From an uncultured Pseudomonadales bacterium (GTDB lineage: Bacteria > Pseudomonadota > Gammaproteobacteria > Pseudomonadales > Azotimanducaceae): 64,000 nucleotides of DNA. The notes beneath the pieces were generated by a model. The model ran no database searches and was not told the DNA's origin. It saw nothing but the letters and a program-made list of their open reading frames with translations. The stretch is taken from positions 17,952 to 81,951 of the forward strand of contig CALHVX010000068.1 of NCBI GenBank assembly GCA_938036875.1, given 5' to 3'. Of the stretch, positions 49,137 to 56,797 are shown piece after piece. Every line of letters starts with the position of its first letter. Within the stretch, counting starts at the first letter, position 1. The position numbers and the translations under genes were made by a program.

Positions 49137-50243
49137 TTAAGCCGCATGCAACAGGGCCGTTACCGGCAAACTTAAGGCTTCACCAACCGCCGGGTGATAC
49201 ACCTTACCCGCACTGATATTCAAACCAGCCGCAAAGCCAGCCTGGCTTTGCAAAGCACTGCGCCAGCCGCGGTTGGCCAGCGCCATGACGTAAGGCAGCG
49301 TCACGTTGTTCAATGCTTGAGTAGAGGTGCGAGCCACCGCACCCGGCATATTGGTGACGCAGTAGTGCACCACCTCATGCTCAACGTAGGTTGGTTTGTC
49401 ATGGGTCGTGGGTCTGCTAGTGGCAAAGCAACCACCTTGGTCGATGGAGATATCGACCATAGCCGCACCGCGTTGCATGGCTTTAACCATCTCTTCGCTA
49501 ACCAGGCGCGGCGCCGCCGCACCAGGCACCAACACAGCGCCGATCACTAAGTCAGCAGCACAGACTTCATTCCAAACCGTCTCCGCATTGGCCATCAGAA
49601 CTTTGGCCCGGCCTTGAAAATGCTCACTGAGCCAACGCATGCGGCTCACCGATTTATCAATGAGGGTCACATCGGCGTGCAAGCCAACCGCCATGCTCGC
49701 CGCGTTGGTGCCAGCCACACCGCCGCCCAAGATCACCACCTTGCCCGGCGCCACACCCGGCACGCCACCAAGCAATGTACCCCGGCCACCATTGACCATT
49801 TGCAGCGCTTGAGCGCCTACCTGAATCGACATACGGCCAGCCACCTCGCTCATGGGCGACAGCAACGGCAAGGCGCCTTCGGCGTCGGTGACGGTTTCGT
49901 AAGCAATGGCGGTAACACCGGAATCCAGCAATGCCTGGGCTTGAGCACGATCAGCGGCAAGGTGCAGATAGGTAAACAAGACCTGCCCTTCACCCATCCG
50001 CGCGCACTCATCAAGCTGCGGCTCTTTGACCTTAACCACAAGATCCGCCGCAAAAGCGGTTTCGGCGTCCACCAAGGTGGCACCAACCGCGGTGTAACTT
50101 GCATTGTCATAACCGATCGCAGCGCCAGCATCACGCTCAACCGCCACGCTGTGGCCAGCGGCAACCAATTCCTGCACAGAAGCTGGGGTAAGCCCAACCC
50201 GGTACTCATGAACTTTGACTTCTTTAGGTACCCCTATCTTCAT
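49137..50243 (-). CDS. ald: alanine dehydrogenase
   Basis: MKIGVPKEVKVHEYRVGLTP, GGGVAGTNAA Rossmann motif, HYCVTNMPGAV. ATG 50243. Confidence 0.9.
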   Translation of the reverse strand: MKIGVPKEVKVHEYRVGLTPASVQELVAAGHSVAVERDAGAAIGYDNASYTAVGATLVDAETAFAADLVVKVKEPQLDECARMGEGQVLFTYLHLAADRAQAQALLDSGVTAIAYETVTDAEGALPLLSPMSEVAGRMSIQVGAQALQMVNGGRGTLLGGVPGVAPGKVVILGGGVAGTNAASMAVGLHADVTLIDKSVSRMRWLSEHFQGRAKVLMANAETVWNEVCAADLVIGAVLVPGAAAPRLVSEEMVKAMQRGAAMVDISIDQGGCFATSRPTTHDKPTYVEHEVVHYCVTNMPGAVARTSTQALNNVTLPYVMALANRGWRSALQSQAGFAAGLNISAGKVYHPAVGEALSLPVTALLHAA

Positions 50244-50405
50244 TGCGCTCACCTCGTTGTTTAGTCGAAAAAGCCAGAATACGCCTATCTCAGCCTCAAC
50301 ATCTTGCAAAACCGTGATCAAAATTCAATAAAACAACAGAAACTGCCGTGCTTTATTAGTGTATTCGTATATTCTTGCCTTTACCGACCCAAAGGCTGCA
50401 ATCAC

Positions 50406-50897
50406 TTGCCTAAAACCACAAATTTTCAGCAGCTAGACGCCCTAGATCGACACATAATCCGCGAGTTGCAGCGCGATGCCCGCCTGACCAACCAGGCGCT
50501 GGCTGGCACGGTTGGACTTAGTGAATCCGCTTGTTTGCGGCGAGTACGGCGCCTAGAGCACGATGGCCTGATCCTGCAGTACGTGGCGTTGGTGGACCAA
50601 GCGGCGGCCGGCTACCCAGACGATGTGTTTGTCCAAATCACGCTGCAACACCAACAGCAAAGCCACCTAGATGCGTTTGAAGCCGCCGTGCACCAGCTCC
50701 CAGAAGTCATGGAGTGCCATCTCATGTCGGGTATTGCCGACTACTTGCTACGTGTTGTCGTGGCCGATTCCCGAGACTATGAACGTTTGCATAGCCAACA
50801 CCTTACCCGCTTGCCCGGGGTTGATCGGGTGCAATCCAGCTTTGCCCTGCGCACGGTGGTTCGGCACAGCGCGGTGCCCGTGCGCGAACCCGACTAG
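50406..50897 (+). CDS. Lrp/AsnC family transcriptional regulator, divergent from ald
   Basis: LDALDRHIIRELQRDARLTNQALAGTVGLSESACLRRVRRLE HTH and a C-terminal RAM domain. TTG 50406 gives about 163 aa. Confidence 0.8.
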   Translation: MPKTTNFQQLDALDRHIIRELQRDARLTNQALAGTVGLSESACLRRVRRLEHDGLILQYVALVDQAAAGYPDDVFVQITLQHQQQSHLDAFEAAVHQLPEVMECHLMSGIADYLLRVVVADSRDYERLHSQHLTRLPGVDRVQSSFALRTVVRHSAVPVREPD

Positions 50898-50907
50898 CAG
50901 AGCCACT

Positions 50908-51696
50908 TTAGCTAGGCGCGCTTAGCTCGAACTCGCGCATCACATCGTCTGCATAATCGATACGGCCGGTGAGCTGTTGCGCATCGCCATAACATAAGCG
51001 CAGACAAGCCTCCGCCATATGCTCGATGGGCGTGACCGTGTCGCGGTTAGAGTCGTTTATCAGCTTGTGATGCATTACCCCAGGCGTGGCCACCAAGCCA
51101 GGCGAGATAACGTTCACACCAATGTTGTCTGCATACAGCTCTTGGGCCAACCCGGTGGTTAACCGCTCTAGCGCTGCTTTGCACATGCCGTACACCGTGC
51201 CGCCGCGACCGGGCAACTGCTTGTCTGGATGCAAGGCAGCGTGAGACGAGATATTCAAAATTCTGCCGCCCCCGCGTTCTCGCATACCGGGAATCACAAG
51301 CTGAGACAACTCAAAGGGCGCCCACACCTGCACGTCCATCATGAGACGAAAGCGTTTTTCTGGAAATGTCTCAACCGGTATGAAGTAGGTAATGGCCGCA
51401 TTGTTAACAAGAATATCAACGCCACCAAAATGCGCTTGAGCTTCACGGACCACCTTAGCCCGATCGGCTGCTACTGCTAGATCTGCCTGCACCGCTAAGG
51501 CTTGACCACCGGCGGCAACAATATTGTCTACTGTTTCATTGATTGTACCGGGTAAATAGTTGCCGTTGTCTTCAACCGTGCGCGCTGTAACAACAACTTT
51601 TGCCCCTTGCGCCGCAAACCGCTCCGCAATAGCAGCACCAATGCCACGACTCGCACCGGTAACCACCGCAACCTGGCCTTGCAATACCCCTTCCAT
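50908..51696 (-). CDS. short-chain dehydrogenase/reductase
   Basis: VTGASRGIG, NNAA, and YGMCK (YxxxK) motifs. Confidence 0.85.
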   Translation of the reverse strand: MEGVLQGQVAVVTGASRGIGAAIAERFAAQGAKVVVTARTVEDNGNYLPGTINETVDNIVAAGGQALAVQADLAVAADRAKVVREAQAHFGGVDILVNNAAITYFIPVETFPEKRFRLMMDVQVWAPFELSQLVIPGMRERGGGRILNISSHAALHPDKQLPGRGGTVYGMCKAALERLTTGLAQELYADNIGVNVISPGLVATPGVMHHKLINDSNRDTVTPIEHMAEACLRLCYGDAQQLTGRIDYADDVMREFELSAPS

Positions 51697-51703
51697 GCTT
51701 CTC

Positions 51704-51768
51704 CCCTATGTTTAGGCCCTATGTTTAGGCCCTTTGTCTGTGCCCTACGTTTGTGCCCATCGGTTCGG
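51704..51768. repeat. degenerate 13-bp tandem repeat, 5 copies
   Basis: CCTATGTTTAGGC appears twice exactly, then CCTTTGTCTGTGC, CCTACGTTTGTGC and CCATCGGTTCGGC. Located between the alr stop and the SDR start. Confidence 0.8.
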
Positions 51769-51780
51769 CCCAGCGCTGGA

Positions 51781-52917
51781 CTACAACGCTTGGTAAACCC
51801 TAGGCACGCGTGCACCAATACCACATAAGATTTCATAGTCGATGGTTTGCGCGAGACCTGCAACCTCTGCTAACGCCAGATTTTGGCCAAAGAACTCAAC
51901 CCAATCCCCTTCCGCCAGGGTAGCTGCAGAGACATCAACGCAGGTTAGGTCCATGGACACCCGGCCAACAATGGGCAGCCGATGTCCGGCCGCAAAGCCG
52001 GCACCAACATTCGACAACAGGCGCGGTAGGCCGTCTGCATAACCTAAGCCAACGGTGGCAACGCGCATCGCTTTCGGTGCGACAAAACTTGCCCCATAGC
52101 CAACGGCCGTTCCAGCAGCCACATCCCGTAGCTGCAAAACCTGACCTTCTAGGCGTGCCACTGGCCAGATTTGGTTGTTATGTGGGTTGGGCGGTGCCGT
52201 ATCGGTGAATGGTGCACCGCCATAAAGCGCAATGCCCGGCCGCGCCAACAGGGTTGTTGCATCAGCGGCTAGCGGCTGTAGCTCACCAGCCAAGTTATGT
52301 GCACCCAAGGTCCCGGCGGAGTTCGCCAGGCTCAAGGTGCAACCAGGATACTGCGCCGCCAGGGCAACAATCTTTTGGAGCTGCGCGGTCACACTTGGGT
52401 GGCCGGGCTCATCCGCACAGGCTAAGTGTGTCATCAGCATGTCGGGCTGCCGGTCAGCTGCAACCAGACCGGCCAACTCTACCGGCGCCAAGCCAAGCCG
52501 TTGCATACCGGTATCGACGTGCACAACCCACTCTAGCTCGGGCCCAATGGCCGCCTGCTCAAGAGCCTGCGACCATAGCTGCCATTGATTGATGGAGTTT
52601 AGTACCGGCGTTAGCCGTGCTGCGAGCAAGGTTGAGACCGTTGTTGCCAATGCCCCCTCAAACACATAGATGCGCAGTGCATCTGCATCGCCGAGCGCGG
52701 CGCGTAACGCCTGGCCCTCAGCAGCATTGGCAACAAAAAAGTGGGTGCAGGCTTGTGCTTGCAATCTGCTTGCGACCGTTACAGCACCGAGCCCGTAGGC
52801 ATCTGCCTTAACCACCGCACCGGTTAACACCGACAGAGGTAGATCCTGCAAAGCGGCGCTACACACTTGGTAGTTGTGCGCTAGCGCCTCGAGATCAACA
52901 GTTAGGCGAACGGTCAA
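51781..52917 (-). CDS. alr: alanine racemase
   Basis: VVKADAYGLG PLP-lysine motif, VGRVSMD, and C-terminal DYEILCGIGARVPRVY. Confidence 0.85.
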   Translation of the reverse strand: MTVRLTVDLEALAHNYQVCSAALQDLPLSVLTGAVVKADAYGLGAVTVASRLQAQACTHFFVANAAEGQALRAALGDADALRIYVFEGALATTVSTLLAARLTPVLNSINQWQLWSQALEQAAIGPELEWVVHVDTGMQRLGLAPVELAGLVAADRQPDMLMTHLACADEPGHPSVTAQLQKIVALAAQYPGCTLSLANSAGTLGAHNLAGELQPLAADATTLLARPGIALYGGAPFTDTAPPNPHNNQIWPVARLEGQVLQLRDVAAGTAVGYGASFVAPKAMRVATVGLGYADGLPRLLSNVGAGFAAGHRLPIVGRVSMDLTCVDVSAATLAEGDWVEFFGQNLALAEVAGLAQTIDYEILCGIGARVPRVYQAL

Positions 52918-52974
52918 AGCAAACGCTCATGCAATGACCATGACGACAACCTAGGCAAATAACCATGCAAATCG

Positions 52975-53637
52975 CTATTGCAGCGAATTGATGTAAACCA
53001 CAACATCGTTGATCGATTGTGGTGTGGCAAGGGTGCTAGCCATGGGCTTCATCTGCATGCCATAAACATCGCTTGCATGGTAACCGCGGCGATTGTTTTT
53101 GAAGTTGTCGAGCTGGCGCACAAGATACCAGTCGTCTAAGCCGGCTAAGCGTGGTCCACCAAGCGCTTCATTGCCTTCAGCTTGCTGGCCATGGCACGCG
53201 GCGCAAACCGCGTAGGCTGTCTTACCCGCAGCCGCATCACCCGTCACCGTTGCAGGTGCCGGGGTCACAGGCAAGGTTTCCACGTAGGCTATCAAGTTAG
53301 CCACCGCGTCCGGCTGTGCAACGGCCATGGCCATGGCTCGCATTTGCATACCCTGGGTGTCACCCGGGGCGGTGCCGCGAGCGCCGTCGCGAAACAGCTG
53401 CAACTGACGGTCGATGTACCAGGGTTCTTGGCCAGCTAAGCGCGGCGCGTTAAGAGCCACATTGCCCTCACCCGCGGGTCCATGACAGGTTGCGCAAATG
53501 GCGTAAGAGCCTTTGCCCGCAACAGCGTCACCCGCTGCATTGGCACTATTAGAAAAGCTCAAGACAACGGCAAGGGCCAGCACAACGCGACCGATCTTAG
53601 TTAAGTTTGCTAGGGATAAAACGTTTGAACACTGCAT
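52975..53637 (-). CDS. dihaem cytochrome c4
   Basis: Two CxxCH motifs (CATCH, CAACH), each followed by a GMQMxxM Met-ligand region, plus a signal peptide. Start is ATG 53637 or 53664. Confidence 0.8.
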   Translation of the reverse strand: MQCSNVLSLANLTKIGRVVLALAVVLSFSNSANAAGDAVAGKGSYAICATCHGPAGEGNVALNAPRLAGQEPWYIDRQLQLFRDGARGTAPGDTQGMQMRAMAMAVAQPDAVANLIAYVETLPVTPAPATVTGDAAAGKTAYAVCAACHGQQAEGNEALGGPRLAGLDDWYLVRQLDNFKNNRRGYHASDVYGMQMKPMASTLATPQSINDVVVYINSLQ

Positions 53638-53707
53638 AAAACTTGGACAACTCGTGAGATACAACAGGCCATTATTTTAGCCTATAGCGCAGCCTACTGA
53701 CGGCCAA

Positions 53708-53725
53708 GTCAGACAAATGTCTGAC
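53708..53725. promoter_or_regulatory. 18-bp palindrome upstream of cytochrome c4
   Basis: GTCAGACA-AA-TGTCTGAC, with perfect 8-bp arms. Confidence 0.3.
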
Positions 53726-53845
53726 AAAGCGTAGCGGTCGGAATCAATTTTTTCTAAGAAGTGACAAAGCCAGCCAAGGCGCTTGGCTTTGGGCTTTTTG
53801 GTTCCGGGCTTTAGGTCCGGACTTTAGCGCTAGATCGGCCTATTT

Positions 53846-54079
53846 TTAGGTTAAGGGCTGGCTGTCCACTTTATCGCGACGCCAAAACGCAATGCGTGCC
53901 CAAAGCGAGTCACGGCGATCGCGACGGCTGCGACGGTCGCCCGTTGGGGCTTCACGCCGTGCGCGAAGCTCAAATAGCCCGCTAGAGCTGCGCCGGCGGT
54001 CGCTTTCATCGCGACGATCAGCGCCAGAACGACGGGGATCGTCCTCTTCAATCGTGTTCGTTAAAAGGTTGGTATCCAT
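53846..54079 (-). CDS. hypothetical small Arg/Asp-repeat protein, 77 aa
   Basis: ATG with a weak AGG upstream. Repeated (S/G)xDRR motifs. A plus-strand ORF also overlaps here, so the coding status is uncertain. Confidence 0.35.
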   Translation of the reverse strand: MDTNLLTNTIEEDDPRRSGADRRDESDRRRSSSGLFELRARREAPTGDRRSRRDRRDSLWARIAFWRRDKVDSQPLT

Positions 54080-54124
54080 GCTCGCCTATCTTTCAGGTTT
54101 GTGGCTCGGAAAACACACTACAGC

Positions 54125-54141
54125 CGACTGTCGAACAGTCG
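54125..54141. promoter_or_regulatory. 17-bp palindrome upstream of the small Arg-rich ORF
   Basis: CGACTGT-CGA-ACAGTCG, 46-62 bp upstream of the ATG at 54079. Confidence 0.3.
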
Positions 54142-54325
54142 ACACGAGAAACCTACTTGCCTTGATACGATGTTTTTACCATCGCCGAATTGGTGAACTA
54201 TAGCCTAGTTCTTCGAAAAAGACAGGCATTAAAACTGACTTGTACGCCGGAGATTTAGACAGCCTTATGTAGGACTTACGCACTCTTTTTAAAAGTTTTT
54301 TAGGACAAAGCGCAGGGTTCAGCGA

Positions 54326-56581
54326 CTATCTCTCACCATACAAGGTAAGCGGATGTACCAGCGCTTTCGCCTGTTCTATCCAACCGTTGCGCTCAATTCG
54401 GCTACGTAAATTGTAGAGCGGATGGTCCGGAGCATCTAAGTCGGTCAACTCTAATGCGGCCATCTGGGCAAACTGAGAGATACCAAGCTCGCGAAGTTGT
54501 TCCGCCATTTTACCACCCACCCCTTTCAACTGGGTGAGGTCATCGCTGGCAAGCAAAGCGGCGCTGGTACGGTCAAGTTGTTGTCGTAAGCGGGCGTTCT
54601 CTGCACGCGCTAGATTCACCTGCTCATGCAAACTAGCAACCGTAGCTGTCTCGCTAGTTGCGCTTGCGGACTCTGCATCCACAGTGCCCAACGCGCTGTC
54701 CAAGGCAGGATCATCAGAAACAATCGGCGAGCTCGACGGCGAGACCGGTGTTGTTGCTGGTAAAAAATGCACACGCGCAGCACGCGCAGCGCTTAGCTCA
54801 TCGTTACGGATCTTAAGCAAACGTTCAAGCTCGCGTATGGTATCGCTCGCTGCATCTGCAGAGCGCCCATCTAAACCGCTCCACGCCTGTTCAAAGTCGC
54901 TGAGCCCTGCGTTGGCATCGGAGATCTCACCCAAGATCGTCACCCGAGGTCGCGCAGCATCAGCCAAATCAGCTTGTTGTGCTAGTTGTTGTTCTAGTTG
55001 TTGTACTTGCTGGACGAACTGTTCTTCCATAGCGGATAGCTGCGCCTCTAGTGCTAGCGTGACTTCCGCCAAACTTTGCTGATAGGCGTTATATCCCTGT
55101 TGCCTAGCGGTGGCCTGCTGAGCATTTGCTTGAGCAGCCGTACGCTGTTGACCCAGCAACTGCGCTTGAGTCTGCTGCAATTGCTGCATCAAACCTTGGG
55201 CCGCTTGCTGCAGATCAACGTAATCGTTGTGCATTTCGAGTTCAAGCGAAGCCTGCATTGCGGCAACGCTGTGACGCTGCTCTTCAAGGCTTTGCCGCTC
55301 TAAGGCTTCGAAAACCAAGACGGTTTGCGCGTGAATGTCACGCAGCCGTTCGGAATGTTCCGCTTGAATTTGCGCGGTATCCAGCTGGCTGTGCTGTTGT
55401 TGCTCTGCTAGTTGCGCAGCAAAGGTCTGTTCTTGGCTCGCAAGCTCAGCCTGCAAACGCGTTATGTCTTCAGACAGGGAGACAAGCTGGTTATTCGCCA
55501 GCTCCGTTGTTTCTAGCAACTTCTCGTTGCGATCATCCAAATTTGCTAAACGCTCTAACGCCTCTTGCAAGGCAGCATCCTGCTCTTGAAGCTGATCTTC
55601 TAGTTGCCCGGTCAGCAGAGCGTCTGCCACCCGCTGATCAACAAGCGCTTGTTGCGCCGCGTTAACCGCTGAGCTTTGCTCGACCAATTGTTGCTGTTGC
55701 GCGGCAAGCTCAGCTTGCTGCGTTGCTTCTCGTTGCGCCGCCGCATCAAACTTAACCTGCAGCGCCGCAAGTTCGGACTGCAAACTAGATTCGCGCTCTG
55801 TTGCTGCTTCAAAATTTTCTTGCAGTGACGATTCACGTTCCACTAGCGCTTCAAATTTAGCTAGCTGTTCTATTTGTTGTTGCGCTGTCGCATCAAGCTC
55901 TGCTTGCAACGCGGATTCTCGCAGGGTTGCCACCTCAAGATTAGCCTGCAGCGTCGATTGCTGTTCCGATGCGCTCGCAAGCTTTGCTTGCACCTCATCA
56001 GTGCTGGCAACCTGTTCATCTAACGCCTCAGTGAGGTTTTGCCAACGCTGCTTGGAGGCCAACAAATCTGCACGCAGATCTTCTAGCTCAAGCTCTCGAG
56101 CGCGCAGCTTGCCTTCACTGGTTTGGTAATTTTTGGTCAGGCCAGACAGTTTAAGCTCTAGCGCCGCGATGTGTTCATCGCGCGCTTGCAGCCCGGGGCC
56201 TGAGGCAGACGCTTTGCCCGCTTCGCTTTGCAAGCGTGCTAACTCAGATTCCAACAGACCAATTTGCTCGGTGCGCTGCTTAAGAGCCGATGCCAACTTC
56301 GGCACCCTGGCACGCCATTTGGCCAACTCTGCGTTGGCATCCGTTGGCGGCGCGACAGGGGCCGGATGTTGGGCGGGTGTTGTTACCTCACGAACGCCAA
56401 ATTGCTCCGCAAGGTAAGAACGAATGGTGACCGACTCAAAGCCCGGTTCGGCGTTTGAATCAGCATTTGAATTTGTCGACGGCCCTTCATCAACCCCAGG
56501 TGCGCAGGGTAAGTCACCTACACTTGCCTGTGGCTCACTTAACCCGTCATTAGAGTCCGCATCGTGCCTGTCTTGTGACAT
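54326..56581 (-). CDS. 751-aa Gln/Ala/Glu/Leu-rich coiled-coil protein with C-terminal helix-hairpin-helix-like module
   Basis: Long heptad-like region with internal repeats (RESALQAEL / RESSLQENF / RESSLQSEL / REATQQAEL). The C-terminus LTQLKGVGGKMAEQLRELGISQFAQMAAL...RIERNGWIEQAKAL resembles the IxGIGPxxxxxLxxxGIxxFxQIA...W..QAK module. Confidence 0.75.
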   Translation of the reverse strand: MSQDRHDADSNDGLSEPQASVGDLPCAPGVDEGPSTNSNADSNAEPGFESVTIRSYLAEQFGVREVTTPAQHPAPVAPPTDANAELAKWRARVPKLASALKQRTEQIGLLESELARLQSEAGKASASGPGLQARDEHIAALELKLSGLTKNYQTSEGKLRARELELEDLRADLLASKQRWQNLTEALDEQVASTDEVQAKLASASEQQSTLQANLEVATLRESALQAELDATAQQQIEQLAKFEALVERESSLQENFEAATERESSLQSELAALQVKFDAAAQREATQQAELAAQQQQLVEQSSAVNAAQQALVDQRVADALLTGQLEDQLQEQDAALQEALERLANLDDRNEKLLETTELANNQLVSLSEDITRLQAELASQEQTFAAQLAEQQQHSQLDTAQIQAEHSERLRDIHAQTVLVFEALERQSLEEQRHSVAAMQASLELEMHNDYVDLQQAAQGLMQQLQQTQAQLLGQQRTAAQANAQQATARQQGYNAYQQSLAEVTLALEAQLSAMEEQFVQQVQQLEQQLAQQADLADAARPRVTILGEISDANAGLSDFEQAWSGLDGRSADAASDTIRELERLLKIRNDELSAARAARVHFLPATTPVSPSSSPIVSDDPALDSALGTVDAESASATSETATVASLHEQVNLARAENARLRQQLDRTSAALLASDDLTQLKGVGGKMAEQLRELGISQFAQMAALELTDLDAPDHPLYNLRSRIERNGWIEQAKALVHPLTLYGER

Positions 56582-56774
56582 ACCTAGGTCCGTTACTACT
56601 AGTGGTAGGTCTTAGCGTCGTGGTCGCCCTTCCTGGCCCTTCCAGGAACCGACAAACTGTAACGGATTGTGCGAACGGGGAATGTGATCTGCACTCAATA
56701 CTCAGGGCACTGCCTAAGGTGCCTCAAGTTTAGGCGCTTAAGGCGCGGCCCAAGTCACAATTTAGCGACACCAA

Positions 56775-56794
56775 CCGCACAAAAAAGTGTGCGG
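56775..56794 (-). terminator. hairpin just after the prolyl oligopeptidase stop
   Basis: CCGCACA-AAAAAG-TGTGCGG, a 7-bp stem. The T-tract on the minus strand is weak. Confidence 0.35.
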
Positions 56795-56797
56795 CGG

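Noticed and set aside
49614-50264. 216-aa plus-strand ORF; similar long antisense ORFs at 38937-39644, 15789-16292, 54534-55082, 55126-55665, 19639-20046 and 46698-47159
   Set aside because: Each lies antisense to a gene with clear family motifs. The products are Arg/Ser/Pro/Ala-biased, as expected for out-of-frame GC-rich sequence.
53772-53800. Hairpin AGCCAAG-GCG-CTTGGCT followed by TTGGGCTTTTT on the plus strand, as a possible sRNA terminator
   Set aside because: No plus-strand gene or convincing promoter lies upstream. It may equally serve as a bidirectional terminator for the minus-strand small ORF ending at 53846.
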